A stretch of 64,000 bases of DNA from Chloroflexota bacterium (GCA_965261345.1 OZ253449.1:1056001-1120000), one strand, 5' to 3'. Counted from the stretch's first letter, positions 42,426 to 56,054 are shown. Numbers and translations: made by a program. The notes: generated from the letters alone by a model not told the origin.

Positions 42426-42624
42426 TGGAACCTAATTAACTCCAGCAGCAACCAAAGTGCCCCTGCATTTTTGCCCGAACGCTCATTCGAAGCAGCCGTC
42501 AAACCGACCGGATACCGATTCGTCGATAGCGTTGCCGCGTGTGACGCGACGAATAAACGCCTCTCCCGAGGGCAGCATCTATTACATTTTTTACTGAAGG
42601 CATTTAAAAACTAGGGGCTGGACG

Positions 42625-43512
42625 ATGGACGATACGAAACCGACTGTTGCGTTCGTGGGGGTGGGGCGAATGGGCTCCAATATGGCACTTCGCCTAAACG
42701 ACTGCGGTTACCAGATCGCCAGTGTGTTCGATGCCAACCTGCACATGGCCATGGTGTTGGCAAACAACATCGGCTGCCAAGTCGCCGAGAGTCTGGCGGC
42801 GGTGAGCGCGAGCGCCGCGGTGATTTTCACCGTGGTCAACGACGACGCCTCGATGCGGGATATCTTCCTGTCCGGAAATGACAATCTGCTGGTCGGAGCG
42901 GCCGGAAAGCTTTTTATCAACTGTGCCACCCTTTCGCCCGCGATCCACCGCGAAGTCGATGCCGCGGCCGCCGCGGCCGGCGCCGAATCGCTCGAGGCCT
43001 GCATGGCATCGAGCATCCCGCAGGCCCGCGCCGGGACGCTTTACCTGATGACCGCCGGCTCCGATTCGGCCCAGCAGCGGGCTGCCGGCCCGCTCGCCGA
43101 CCTGGGCATGGTACGAACGATCGGTTCGGTCGGGCAGGCCGCCCAGGTCAAGGCCCTAGTCAACATGGTCATGAACATCAACACCGCCGGCCTAGCCGAG
43201 GGCCTGGGCCTGGCTGACGCGCTGGGGCTCGATCTGGACACGGTCATGGAGGTTTTCTCACAGACCGGGGCCAATTCGCGGGTTCTGGAGACCGACGGCG
43301 CCGATATGCGCGATCGCGACCATGAGGTCTATTTCTCGGCAGCCCACGCGGCCAAGGACTCATCGATCGCCATCGACCTGGCCGAGGAGGCCGGGCTGCG
43401 GCTGCCGCTAGCCAACGCCACCCGGGACCAGTTCCTAAGGTTGATCGCGGACGGCAAGGCCGACCTCGACAAGAGCGCGGTCGCCGAGCTGACCTTCAAG
43501 GGCCGCAGCTAG
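42625..43512 (+). CDS. NAD(P)-dependent oxidoreductase, 3-hydroxyisobutyrate dehydrogenase family
   Basis: VGVGRMG, KALVNMV, KD. Confidence 0.85.
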   Translation: MDDTKPTVAFVGVGRMGSNMALRLNDCGYQIASVFDANLHMAMVLANNIGCQVAESLAAVSASAAVIFTVVNDDASMRDIFLSGNDNLLVGAAGKLFINCATLSPAIHREVDAAAAAAGAESLEACMASSIPQARAGTLYLMTAGSDSAQQRAAGPLADLGMVRTIGSVGQAAQVKALVNMVMNINTAGLAEGLGLADALGLDLDTVMEVFSQTGANSRVLETDGADMRDRDHEVYFSAAHAAKDSSIAIDLAEEAGLRLPLANATRDQFLRLIADGKADLDKSAVAELTFKGRS

Positions 43513-43786
43513 TACCTCCCCCCGCCTGTGCGGGGACGAAGTAGACCGTTGAACCCTCCGGGACGCGGGTTCGCACGCCGCTGGCAAGATCATGGCCGTC
43601 TAGCCAGACCGCCAGCCCTGGCCGCAGGCCATGGGTGGTCTCGTTAGAAACCAGGCGTTCACGCACCCCGGGATAAGCCGCCTCAAGGGCGTCAATCAAC
43701 TCCCCGACCGTTCGGCCGGGGAGCTCGACTTCAACCTGCCCACCGGTTTGTTCGCGCATCGCCCGGGGGACATGGACGATTGGCAT
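43496..43786 (-). CDS. MoaD/ThiS-family ubiquitin-like protein
   Basis: V.VP..MR..TGG..EVELPGRTVGELIDALE..YPG; VYFVPAQAGG followed by a short extension. Confidence 0.82.
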   Translation of the reverse strand: MPIVHVPRAMREQTGGQVEVELPGRTVGELIDALEAAYPGVRERLVSNETTHGLRPGLAVWLDGHDLASGVRTRVPEGSTVYFVPAQAGGGTSCGP

Positions 43787-43811
43787 GGGCGGTTACTTTG
43801 GCAGTGGCCCT

Positions 43812-46097
43812 TTAGGACCCGTTGGCAAGGGCGGCTTGCAATGCCGGCGGCGACATCGGAAGCGCCCGCAGGCGTTTGCCGGTGGCCGCAAATATCGCGT
43901 TGGCAATCGTCGCCGGAGGCGGAACGATGCTTGATTCGCCCACTCCGCGCACGCCGTAGGGGTGTCCCGGGTTGGGCACTTCGACGATGATGGTTTCGAT
44001 CATCGGTAGATCCAGCGCGGTGGGCAGCCGGTAATCTAGCAGGCTGTGGTTGCGTAGGCGACCCTGGTCGTCGTACCAGTAACCCTCATTGAGGGCCCAG
44101 CCGATCCCCTGGACCACGCCACCCTGCATCTGTCCCTCAACGTAGGGCGGGTATACCGCTTTACCGGCGTCCTGGGCGATCGTGTAGCGGAGAATCTCGA
44201 CCTTGCCGGTTTCCAGGTCAACTTCCACGTCCGCCGCGTGGGTCGTAAACGACGCCCCGCGTTGGGTCGGAGTGACCGTGGCGTTACCCACAATTTCGAG
44301 TTCGTGTTCGCCCAGCAGGGCGGCCGCTTGGGCGAACGAGAGTTCGTTGCCGCCGCCGACAAAATATCCGTCGGAGGCTTCGACGTCGGCCGGATCCACG
44401 TCCCAGAGACCGGCCAGCGCGACCCGCATCTTGGCAAGGATCTCGCGGGCGGTCTCATAGGCCGCGTAGCCGGTGGCAAAAGTCACGCGTGAACCGCCGG
44501 TCACCGCGGTGAAGGCGACCTCGTCGGTGTGGCCCACGATTGGGATGATGTCCTGCTCGGAGATCCCCAGCGCTTCGGCCATCTGCATGGCAATCGAGGT
44601 TCGCGTGCCACCGATATCGGTCGATCCCTCGATCAGGGTCACCGTACCGTCGGCGTTAACCCGCCCCGAGGCCGAGGAGGTCATTCCGGCGTTGAACCAG
44701 AAGCCCGAGGCCATCCCGCGGCCGCGCGCTTTGTTCGGTTCGGAGGATTCACCCAGTTCACTCTGCCAGTGGGCTGAATCGCGAATCGCCTCGACGCATT
44801 CGATGTTGCCCACCCGCGGGAAGGGCGGCCCATCGGCTCGCCAGTCACCTTCCTTAGAAGCGTTCTGCAGCCGGAAGGCGATTGGGTCAAAACCCAGTTT
44901 TTCACAGATCTCGTCGACCGTGGTTTCCACCGCAAACTCGCTCATCGTCGCCCCGGGGGCGCGGTAAGCGTGCGAATGCGGTTTGTTTACCAGAGCGTCG
45001 TATCCGTCAACCCGAACATTGGTGGTCGAGTAGGGGGCAAAAGCGCAGACGCAGCCGGGGTGAATCGGCGATCCCGGGTAGGGCCCGGCCTCGAACCAGA
45101 ACTCGCCTTGGACGGCGGTAATCTGGCCTTCATTGGTTACACCAATCTTGACCCCCATCCAGGTGCCCGGAGTAGGGCCGGTGGCCCGGATTACCTCATT
45201 GCGGTCCATCGCCATCTTGACCGGGCGCCCGGTCCGGCGCGACATTACCGCAGCCAGCAATTCCAGGTAAGAGGTCGTCTTGCCGCCGAAGCCGCCGCCG
45301 ATTTCCATCGGTACGACCTTGATCTTGGAGACCGGGATCTGCAGCAGATCCTCCAACTCGTTGCGGATTGCAAAAGCGCCCTGCGATGAGCACCAGACTT
45401 CCAGATGCCCATCCTCGTGCCACAGCGCGGTGGCATTGTGGGTTTCGATGTATCCCTGGTGGACGGTGGCCGTCTCGTAGACGTTCTCGAAGACGTGGTC
45501 GGCGGCCGCAAAGCCAGCCTCGACGTCACCTTCCTCATAGATTCGGTGCTCGGCCACGTTCGACGGTTCCTCACCGGCCTGGCCTTCGGTCATGGTCCGG
45601 ATCTCGCTCAGAATTACCGGCCCACGGCCTTCCCGTACCGCCCGCGCCGACATGACCGGCTCGAGAATCTCATAGTCGACCTTAATCAGGCGCGCAGCCG
45701 CTTCGGCGGCGTGCGGATCGCTGGCCGCCACCGCTGCAATGGCGTGACCGTCGTAGAGGACCTTGTCGACCGCCAGCAGGTTCATGGCTTTGAACTTGGT
45801 AGATTGCAGTCCGCCTTCGCCGATATCGGTCAGTCCGGCCTTGGGTTGGGGCAGATCGGCGCTGGTTATTACCGCTCGCACGCCGGGATATTTTTCCGCC
45901 TCCGAAGTGTCGATCGAGCGGATATTGGCATGGGCGTGCGGGGAGCGCAGGACCTTGCCGTAGAGCTGACCGGTCAACCAGATGTCGGAGCCATAGGCTG
46001 CTCGTCCGGTGACCTTGTCAACCCCGTCGTGTCGGACCGGCGATTTTCCAAGGACCTTGAAGTCACCAGTCTTAACCAGTAGGGATTCGGTTGCCAT
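43812..46097 (-). CDS. Xanthine dehydrogenase/CoxL-like molybdopterin-binding subunit
   Basis: DKVTGRAAY, GGGFGGK, AYRAPG, GQMQGG..QGIG, GVRGVGE. Confidence 0.9.
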   Translation of the reverse strand: MATESLLVKTGDFKVLGKSPVRHDGVDKVTGRAAYGSDIWLTGQLYGKVLRSPHAHANIRSIDTSEAEKYPGVRAVITSADLPQPKAGLTDIGEGGLQSTKFKAMNLLAVDKVLYDGHAIAAVAASDPHAAEAAARLIKVDYEILEPVMSARAVREGRGPVILSEIRTMTEGQAGEEPSNVAEHRIYEEGDVEAGFAAADHVFENVYETATVHQGYIETHNATALWHEDGHLEVWCSSQGAFAIRNELEDLLQIPVSKIKVVPMEIGGGFGGKTTSYLELLAAVMSRRTGRPVKMAMDRNEVIRATGPTPGTWMGVKIGVTNEGQITAVQGEFWFEAGPYPGSPIHPGCVCAFAPYSTTNVRVDGYDALVNKPHSHAYRAPGATMSEFAVETTVDEICEKLGFDPIAFRLQNASKEGDWRADGPPFPRVGNIECVEAIRDSAHWQSELGESSEPNKARGRGMASGFWFNAGMTSSASGRVNADGTVTLIEGSTDIGGTRTSIAMQMAEALGISEQDIIPIVGHTDEVAFTAVTGGSRVTFATGYAAYETAREILAKMRVALAGLWDVDPADVEASDGYFVGGGNELSFAQAAALLGEHELEIVGNATVTPTQRGASFTTHAADVEVDLETGKVEILRYTIAQDAGKAVYPPYVEGQMQGGVVQGIGWALNEGYWYDDQGRLRNHSLLDYRLPTALDLPMIETIIVEVPNPGHPYGVRGVGESSIVPPPATIANAIFAATGKRLRALPMSPPALQAALANGS

Positions 46098-46102
46098 ATT
46101 CT

Positions 46103-46600
46103 TTATTCCTCTTTTCGCATTCGTTCGCCCGCGTCGATTACCGCGCGGACGATCTTGTCATAGCCGGTGCACCGGCACAGATTGCCAGCAAGCCAGAACC
46201 GGATCTCGTGTTCGCTGGGGTTGGGGTTTTCCTCAAGCAAGGCCTTTGTCGAAACAATAAAACCCGGCGTGCAGATCCCGCACTGGAGGGCCGCGTTTTC
46301 CAAATATGCTTGTTGGATTGGGTGCAGCTGATCCGGTGCCCCGACGCCTTCGATCGTGGTAATTTCGCTGCCGGCCGATTCGATCGCGAGCACGCAGCAG
46401 CTGTTGACCAGGCGACCGTCCATGATCACGTTGCAGGCCCCACAGTTGCCGTTGTTGCAACCTTCCTTGGCCCCATACAGGTGGAGCGTCTCGCGCAGTA
46501 CGTCAAGCAGGCTCTCGCGCGGCTCGCACAGGTAGTCGTGCTGCTCTCCGTTGATCGTGGTGGTTACGTGGGTCTTGCCGGAAACTAGGTTAGTGGGCAC
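46103..46600 (-). CDS. CoxS-like 2Fe-2S subunit
   Basis: GCNNGNCGAC, QCGICTPG, NLCRCTGY. Confidence 0.93.
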   Translation of the reverse strand: MPTNLVSGKTHVTTTINGEQHDYLCEPRESLLDVLRETLHLYGAKEGCNNGNCGACNVIMDGRLVNSCCVLAIESAGSEITTIEGVGAPDQLHPIQQAYLENAALQCGICTPGFIVSTKALLEENPNPSEHEIRFWLAGNLCRCTGYDKIVRAVIDAGERMRKEE

Positions 46601-47486
46601 TGTAGGACTCTCCTCTGGCGCGGGCGACTGCGCCGCGCAAGGCGCGTTTGGTCAATATGCCGCTTAAGTGTTTACGGTATTCGATGGTTCCGCGCATGTC
46701 GGTAATTGGTACGGCCGCCGCGATCGAGTGCCCGGCAGCCAGCTCGCAGGCGGCCTCGTCGGCAACCTGGCCGATCAGCGCCGCGCCAGCTTCGGCAACG
46801 TAGAGCGGGGTCGGGGCGACCGCGCCCAGGCCGATTCGCGCGGCAGTGATTACGTCTCCGTCCAGCTGCACCCAGGCCCCGGCCGAGACTACCGCGATGT
46901 CCATCTCGTTGCGCGGGATAAAGCGAAGGTAGAAAGCCCCCGAGTTGGCCGCTTGCGCGGGGATCGTGAGCGAGACCAGCAATTCGTTGTCAGCTAGCAC
47001 ATTGCGGCCCGGGCCGGTGCAGAAATCCTCGACGGGCACCGTCCGCATCCCTCCTGGACCGGCGATGTTGCAAGTTGCCGAGTAGATGATCAACGGAGGC
47101 GTCGAATCGGCGGCCGGCCCCGAATTACACAGGTTGCCGCCCATTGAAGCGCGGCCTTGAATCCCGGTGCCACCGATTATCGAAGCGGCGTCCACCAGGC
47201 CCGGAAAAGAGCTTTTGACCGTCTGGTCGGCGTAAATGTGATAGCAAGGAACCGCCGCACCCAGGGTCAGCGAGCCGTCCGCGGCAACCGAAATTTCAAC
47301 CAGTTCCGGAATGTGCTTGGCGTCAACGAATACGCTGACATCGCGTGCCCATTCGCGCACTTGCACAATCAGGTCGGTACCGCCAGCCAGCATCCTGGCT
47401 TGGGCACCGTGTTGATCGAGTATTTCGACCGCATCGGCGATGCTGGTGGGCGCCGCGTATTTGATTGCTTGCAAGGCAAACTCCAA
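46590..47486 (-). CDS. CoxM-like FAD-binding subunit
   Basis: LAGGTDL, GGNLCNSGPAAD, GAVAPTP, PITDMRGT.EYR. Confidence 0.9.
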   Translation of the reverse strand: MEFALQAIKYAAPTSIADAVEILDQHGAQARMLAGGTDLIVQVREWARDVSVFVDAKHIPELVEISVAADGSLTLGAAVPCYHIYADQTVKSSFPGLVDAASIIGGTGIQGRASMGGNLCNSGPAADSTPPLIIYSATCNIAGPGGMRTVPVEDFCTGPGRNVLADNELLVSLTIPAQAANSGAFYLRFIPRNEMDIAVVSAGAWVQLDGDVITAARIGLGAVAPTPLYVAEAGAALIGQVADEAACELAAGHSIAAAVPITDMRGTIEYRKHLSGILTKRALRGAVARARGESYSAH

Positions 47487-47652
47487 ATTCGTACATGGCG
47501 CTGTTGACGCGTTGTTGATCCTTTTCCAAAAAAGGTCACTTCACAACACGCCAGTAAAAGAATAAGGAAAACGCGATGGCCAAGCGGAGTAGGCCGGCCC
47601 GCCTATGCTTTAAAAATGTCGCAGCGGCCACTTTACGCCAGGAATTGCCAGC

Positions 47653-49122
47653 TTGCAAGATCTACCCCCGAACATCATTCTGATGATCACCGACCAGCAG
47701 CGGTTCGACACGATCGGGACGTTGGGGAGTCCCTATGTGGACACTCCCAACCTTGACCGCCTGGTCGCCGAAGGCATAGTTTTCGGGAACGTTCACATCA
47801 ACGCCCCGGTCTGCGCCCCTGCGAGGGCCAGCCTTTTTAGCGGACTTTCGCCGCACAACACCGGCGTGCAGCGCAACGATTCGACCTGGCCCGACGGTTG
47901 GGTTGCCACCCTGGCCGAGAGCGGTTACTACTGCGTCAACATCGGCAAGATGCACACCGGTCCGTACACCGCACCGTTCGGCTTCGACGAGCGCTACGTG
48001 GTTGAAAACAAGGATCGCCAAGGCCTTCCGATCAAGTTCTTCGACGAACTGGACCGGGCGATCGCGGCCCACGGCCTGGAGAAGCCCGGCCGGCCGATGT
48101 ACGAGCGTGAGAACGCCGATTGGCAGGAACGGATGGGGGCCTTCGAATGGCCGATAGCCTCGCACCTGCATCCCGACGAGTTCGTCGGCGATACCGCCCT
48201 CTGGTGGCTCGATCAACGTGGGCGCAGTTACCCGCTAAAGCAGCCGCTCTTTTTGGAAATTGGATTCCCGGGGCCGCACCCGCCATTCGATCCGCTCCCC
48301 GAATTGGCCCAGAAATGCATGCAGCGCGAGTTCCCGCTGCTGGAGGTTACCGAGGATGAATTGGACGCCCAACCCAAAGGGTCGAAGCGTTTGCGGCAGC
48401 ATTTTGAAAGCTTCGTCCACGACCCGATCGTCCATGACGCCAGGGCCCCCCACGCCCAGCGTCAGCGTCAGCGGGCCTACTATATGGCCAACTGCGAGAT
48501 GATTGACCGCAAGGTGGGCCAGATCATCGACCGCCTAGACGACCAAGGGCTTCTGCAAAACTCGGTAATGATATTTACCTCCAACCATGGCGAGAGCCTC
48601 GGCGATCACGGCCTGATTGAAAAATGGAACATGTACGACTGTGTCACCCGGGTGCCCACGATTGTTTGGGGACCGGAACGTTTTGACGGCGCGAGGGGGG
48701 TCGACGACCTCTACAGTTGGTTCGATTTGGGGCCGACCATCCTGCAGGTCGCCGAGATCGAGCCACCACCTTATTTTGAGGCGATCAGCATGCTTCCACA
48801 TCTTCTCGGCGACCAGGAAGCCAGCGGGCGTGAGGCGGTTTTTTGCGAGGCCGCGCGCGACCGGACCATGCGCGACATTGAGTACCAGATCATGATGCGT
48901 ACCCGGGACTACAAGTGGGTTGAATTCTTGGGCGAGGAACGCGGCCAACTTTACGACCTGGCCGAGGATCCAGACGAGTTGCACAATCTTTGGGACGAGG
49001 CGGACCGGCGGACCGATATGCTGGCCCAGATCGACAGCTGGTACGTTCGCTCCTCGGCCAAGGCGAACCTGCGTTTCGCCCGCACCGGGATCGATCCGCT
49101 GATTGCGGACCGCCGCAACTAG
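47653..49122 (+). CDS. Sulfatase
   Basis: PNIILMITDQQR, CAPAR, GKMH, GFPGPHPP; TSNHG in place of TSDHG. Confidence 0.9.
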   Translation: MQDLPPNIILMITDQQRFDTIGTLGSPYVDTPNLDRLVAEGIVFGNVHINAPVCAPARASLFSGLSPHNTGVQRNDSTWPDGWVATLAESGYYCVNIGKMHTGPYTAPFGFDERYVVENKDRQGLPIKFFDELDRAIAAHGLEKPGRPMYERENADWQERMGAFEWPIASHLHPDEFVGDTALWWLDQRGRSYPLKQPLFLEIGFPGPHPPFDPLPELAQKCMQREFPLLEVTEDELDAQPKGSKRLRQHFESFVHDPIVHDARAPHAQRQRQRAYYMANCEMIDRKVGQIIDRLDDQGLLQNSVMIFTSNHGESLGDHGLIEKWNMYDCVTRVPTIVWGPERFDGARGVDDLYSWFDLGPTILQVAEIEPPPYFEAISMLPHLLGDQEASGREAVFCEAARDRTMRDIEYQIMMRTRDYKWVEFLGEERGQLYDLAEDPDELHNLWDEADRRTDMLAQIDSWYVRSSAKANLRFARTGIDPLIADRRN

Positions 49123-49143
49123 GTTTGCCGGGGTCAATCCGCG

Positions 49144-50229
49144 ATGAGCAACACTTTCGGGACCGCCCTAAGGATCACGACCTGGGGCGAATCACACGGG
49201 GAGGCGATCGGAGCAGTCATCGACGGTTGCCCGCCGCGGCTGGCGCTCTCGCCGGCCGACATCCAACCCGATCTCGACCGGCGCCGACCGGGTCAGAGCA
49301 GCATCACCACCCAGCGTCGCGAAGCCGATCAAGCCGAAATTCTCTCGGGAGTATTTGACGGGCTGACCCTGGGCACCCCGATTTCGATCCTCGTTCGCAA
49401 CGCCGACGCCCGTGGCAAGGACTACGAGTACATGCGCCGACTGTACCGCCCCTCGCACGCCGACTACACCTACCAGGCCAAGTACGGCATACGCAATTGG
49501 CGCGGCGGCGGTCGCGCCTCGGCCCGCGAGACCATTGGACGCGTTGCCGCCGGCGCGGTCGCCCGCAAATTGCTCGACCAGGCCTTCGGAACCGAGATCG
49601 TTGCGTTCGTAAAGCGCGTTGCCGAAATCGAGGCGCCGGATTGCACCGCCACTGTCAACCGGGCCCTGGTTGACGCCAGCCCCACCCGGGTGCCCGACCC
49701 GGTATCGGCGGCGGCCATCTTTGATCGCATCGACCGGGCCCGCCGCGCCGGGGACTCGCTGGGCGGAGTCGTCGAATTCGTATGCCGCAACGTCCCGCCC
49801 GGCCTGGGTGAACCGGTATTTGGCAAGCTGGATGGCGAGCTGGCCCTGGCCATGCTGTCGCTGCCGGCTGCCAAGGGGTTTGAGATCGGTTCCGGATTTG
49901 CCGGTACCTACCTGTCCGGATCAACCCATAACGACGAGTTCTACATGGATGGCCAGCGAGTGCGCACGCGTACCAATCGCTCGGGCGGAATCCAGGGCGG
50001 GATCTCCAACGGCGAGGCAATCGTCGGCCGGGTCGCCTTCAAACCCACCGCCACAATCCTCAAACCCCAACTGACGGTCGATGAAGACGGCGGCGCGGTC
50101 GAATTCGGCGGGCGCGGTCGCCACGACCCATGCGTGCTGCCGCGGGCGGTTCCAATCGTCGAGGCAATGTGCGCCTTGGTCCTGTGCGATCAGGCTCTGC
50201 GCCACCAAGCCCAGAACGACTTTCTGTAA
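49144..50229 (+). CDS. aroC: Chorismate synthase
   Basis: [36 protein letters not shown]. Confidence 0.97.
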   Translation: MSNTFGTALRITTWGESHGEAIGAVIDGCPPRLALSPADIQPDLDRRRPGQSSITTQRREADQAEILSGVFDGLTLGTPISILVRNADARGKDYEYMRRLYRPSHADYTYQAKYGIRNWRGGGRASARETIGRVAAGAVARKLLDQAFGTEIVAFVKRVAEIEAPDCTATVNRALVDASPTRVPDPVSAAAIFDRIDRARRAGDSLGGVVEFVCRNVPPGLGEPVFGKLDGELALAMLSLPAAKGFEIGSGFAGTYLSGSTHNDEFYMDGQRVRTRTNRSGGIQGGISNGEAIVGRVAFKPTATILKPQLTVDEDGGAVEFGGRGRHDPCVLPRAVPIVEAMCALVLCDQALRHQAQNDFL

Positions 50230-51525
50230 GTGACTGACGAGTCCGGGGCGAGGGCGGCCTACCGCCAGCGTGGCCCGGTCGCCTCGCTGATGCTCTTCCG
50301 CCTCAATCTCTATTGGTTGGGGCTTTCGGTGCTCTGGGGAGGTCTCTCGATCGTCTACCTGCCCGACCGGGTCGAGGCCCTGGTCGGCCCCGACATCAAG
50401 GGCACGATGTTGGGGCTCATCACCGCGGTGGGAGTGACCGCGGCCATCGCCGTGCAACCGCTGGCCGGTGGGCTTTCCGACCGGGCCTGGTCGCGGTGGG
50501 GACGGCGGCGGCCGATGATGCTGGCCGGGGCATTGGCGACCTCGGTCTTCATCTTGCTGCTCTCGCTAACCGCCAGCTACGCCGCCCTGTTGGCGCTGAT
50601 CCTGTGCGCGCAGATCTCGGAGAACACATCACGGGGGGCATACAAGGGGGTTTTGCCAGATCTGGTCGGGATCACCCAGATGTCCCGGGCCTCGTCGGTG
50701 AACGGAATTTTCAACATCTCAGGGGTGGCAATCGGCGCCGCCATTGCTGGCGTCATGCTCGACGCCGGTGTGGTCTGGGGGTTCCTGATCGTCGGGGCGC
50801 TCACCCTGGCGCTTTCGGCGATCGCGTCCTTTGCGCTGATTCCGGCCGGCCCGCTCTTTCCGGCCGGCCATCAGCCGCGGCTGCTAACCGAATTGGGCCA
50901 GGTCGTATCCCAGACCCGCGCCCACCCCGGTTTCGTGCGGGTGATCATCTCGCGCCTGGTATTTTTCGGGGCGGTCCTGGCATCCGACAACACCCTGCTG
51001 TACAACCTGCGCGATCGGCTGGGAATTGACAACCCCGGACAGGCGACCTCGGTACTCTTGGGGATCCTGCTCATCAGCGCGGTCCTGGTGGCCTGGCCGG
51101 CCGGAATGTTCGGTGATAGGTTCGGCCGCAAAAAAGTCGTTTACGCGGCCTGCGGGCTGGGGGTGATCGCTTCGCTGAGCGCTGCTTTCATAGTCAGCTT
51201 TGGCGGGATGGTGGTCGCGGTCTCACTGCTGGGAATGGCTCTGGGGATGTTCACTGCCGGTGATTGGGCCTTGTTAGTCGATAAGTTGCCCAAGCCCGAT
51301 AGCGCCGGCCTCTACCTGGGACTGGCCAACTTCGCCGGCGCCGGCGGGGATGCGCTGGGTACCCTCTGGGCCGGGATCGCGCTTGACCTTGGCAATCGCG
51401 TCGGACACCTGTGGGGGTTTAGCGCGGTCTACCTGATCATGGGCGCCCTTATGGCCCTGGCCGCGTTCATCCTGCGGCCGCTGCAGGACGAAGTGGCGGT
51501 CCTGGCGGTTGACCCGGCCGGCTGA
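50230..51525 (+). CDS. MFS transporter
   Basis: About 12 hydrophobic segments, GGLSDR...GRRRP and GDRFGRK motif A. Confidence 0.85.
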   Translation: MTDESGARAAYRQRGPVASLMLFRLNLYWLGLSVLWGGLSIVYLPDRVEALVGPDIKGTMLGLITAVGVTAAIAVQPLAGGLSDRAWSRWGRRRPMMLAGALATSVFILLLSLTASYAALLALILCAQISENTSRGAYKGVLPDLVGITQMSRASSVNGIFNISGVAIGAAIAGVMLDAGVVWGFLIVGALTLALSAIASFALIPAGPLFPAGHQPRLLTELGQVVSQTRAHPGFVRVIISRLVFFGAVLASDNTLLYNLRDRLGIDNPGQATSVLLGILLISAVLVAWPAGMFGDRFGRKKVVYAACGLGVIASLSAAFIVSFGGMVVAVSLLGMALGMFTAGDWALLVDKLPKPDSAGLYLGLANFAGAGGDALGTLWAGIALDLGNRVGHLWGFSAVYLIMGALMALAAFILRPLQDEVAVLAVDPAG

Positions 51526-51547
51526 ATTTAGACGGCGCCTTTTTGAT

Positions 51548-51769
51548 CTAACGGCGGCCGGTCTCCAGATAGTCGAGCGCCTTGGCGTAACTGTGTTTGG
51601 CCAAAAAATGCGCGAGCTGGCGGTCCGGCTGACGCTGGGCCAGCGTCGCCACCTGCTCCATTGCCATCCGCAAAGGCCCGGCGGAATCGGTTTTGCCATC
51701 TCCCAGTTGCTCGGTCAGCTTGGCGATCGACCTAAGCGCGAGGGTGATTTCTTCGGTCAGATCAGTCAA
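51548..51769 (-). CDS. Small hypothetical protein
   Basis: 73 aa, start overlaps the M20 stop; ..QLAHFLAKHSYAKALDYL. Confidence 0.55.
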   Translation of the reverse strand: MTDLTEEITLALRSIAKLTEQLGDGKTDSAGPLRMAMEQVATLAQRQPDRQLAHFLAKHSYAKALDYLETGRR

Positions 51770-52899
51770 TGAGGCATCCCTTGCGCGTACCGCCGTACGA
51801 CATCTTCATAGAGGTTGACACAAGCTGCGACCTGCCCGAGCTCGACGTATTCACGGGCCGAGTGCGCCTGGGCGATGTCGCCCGGCCCCAGGACCACGAA
51901 ATCCAGTCCCCGAGGCGCATAGGCGGCAGCGTCGGTGCTGTAGGGGACCCCGATCGGTTCGACCTGGCCGGCCGGTTGGCAGGCCCGCATCGCCGCCCGC
52001 ACGATGGGCGCGGCCGGATCCGATTCCACCCCCGGCTCGGCGGCGTAGGGATCCTCGACCAGGATCGCCGGGTTGGCGGCCAGCAGGTCGCGGATCGTCC
52101 GATGGACCGCCATCGGGTCCTCGCCGGGCAGCATTCGCCGGTCGACCATTGCCCGACAGCTGGCTGGCACCACGTTGACCTGGACTCCGCCGCTGATAGT
52201 TGAAACCGTCAATTTGGCCTCGCCGCACAGTCCGTGCGGATGCGCCGGCATTATCTGATCGGGCAACGTCCGAAGGTCGGCAATGGCATCTAACATCGCA
52301 TAGATGGCGTTGCTGCCCAGTTCGGGGTTGGCGGTGTGGGCGGACTTCCCGGACGCGGTCAACCCAAAGCGCAGTATTCCCTTTTGCGCGATAACCGGCG
52401 CCAGGCCGGTGGGTTCACCGACGATGACCGCATCCGCGGAGACATCGGCGGCCAGGTGGTGCGCCCCGCGTTTTCTATATTCCTCGTCAACCACTCCGGC
52501 CAGGATCACGTTGACCGGCGGTGGGTCGGCGACCAGGCGCTCCAGCATCAGCAGGGCCGCGGCCATGGCTCCCTTAACGTCGCAGGCGCCGCGGCCGTAG
52601 AGACGTTGGCCCTCGCGTACCGGACGGGCACTACCCAGCTCTCCCTCCTGCGGTACGGTATCGAGATGGATGTCAAAAAGCAGGGTGTTGCGATGCCCGC
52701 CGTCAAGCGCGAGCAGAACGTTCTTCCGGCCGTCAACTACCAACTGGCGGGTTACCGCGAGCCCAATGCGGGCACCAAATCCGGCGACAAAGTCGCCGTA
52801 ATCGTTCTCGCCCGCCCGCCCGGCGGGCATATCGGGATTAACCGATTCGATTGCAATCAGTTGGCTGAGCAACTCGGCGGCGCGCTCACCGTCATTCAT
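51766..52899 (-). CDS. M20-family metallopeptidase/deacylase (ArgE/DapE-like)
   Basis: HLDTVP, GRGACDVKG, DEE, GEPT, GPGDIAQAH. Confidence 0.9.
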   Translation of the reverse strand: MNDGERAAELLSQLIAIESVNPDMPAGRAGENDYGDFVAGFGARIGLAVTRQLVVDGRKNVLLALDGGHRNTLLFDIHLDTVPQEGELGSARPVREGQRLYGRGACDVKGAMAAALLMLERLVADPPPVNVILAGVVDEEYRKRGAHHLAADVSADAVIVGEPTGLAPVIAQKGILRFGLTASGKSAHTANPELGSNAIYAMLDAIADLRTLPDQIMPAHPHGLCGEAKLTVSTISGGVQVNVVPASCRAMVDRRMLPGEDPMAVHRTIRDLLAANPAILVEDPYAAEPGVESDPAAPIVRAAMRACQPAGQVEPIGVPYSTDAAAYAPRGLDFVVLGPGDIAQAHSAREYVELGQVAACVNLYEDVVRRYAQGMPH

Positions 52900-52977
52900 A
52901 TTTGGAAATCCGCGGACTCGGCTGCAACATGCGGGCTTGGGCACCCAAGCCCTAGTTTGACCGGGCCGCCAAACCTA

Positions 52978-55833
<2,856 letters not shown>

Positions 55834-55903
55834 TCAATTCTTAGCTAAAAATTCCAAATACAAGCACAGCCAAACCTATTCAGTGAGATCAGAAACCACT
55901 CTG

Positions 55904-55929
55904 GAATTGCATGAAATTTCATGCAATTC
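55904..55929. promoter_or_regulatory. Perfect 26-bp palindrome upstream of nrdA (putative operator)
   Basis: GAATTGCATGAAA-TTTCATGCAATTC. Confidence 0.5.
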
Positions 55930-56038
55930 GGAGGATCATTTTGGCGACACCGTGTAATACGGAGTCTAACGATATATCATAAATTCGCATCGACCAAGCG
56001 CAATTGGATGGAGTTTTGTAATAAATGTCCACGCCGCC

Positions 56039-56054
56039 ACACCATATGTTGTGG
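56039..56054. promoter_or_regulatory. NrdR box candidate
   Basis: ACACCATATGTTGTGG resembles the consensus acaCwAtATaTwGtgt; lies upstream of nrdA. Confidence 0.65.
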
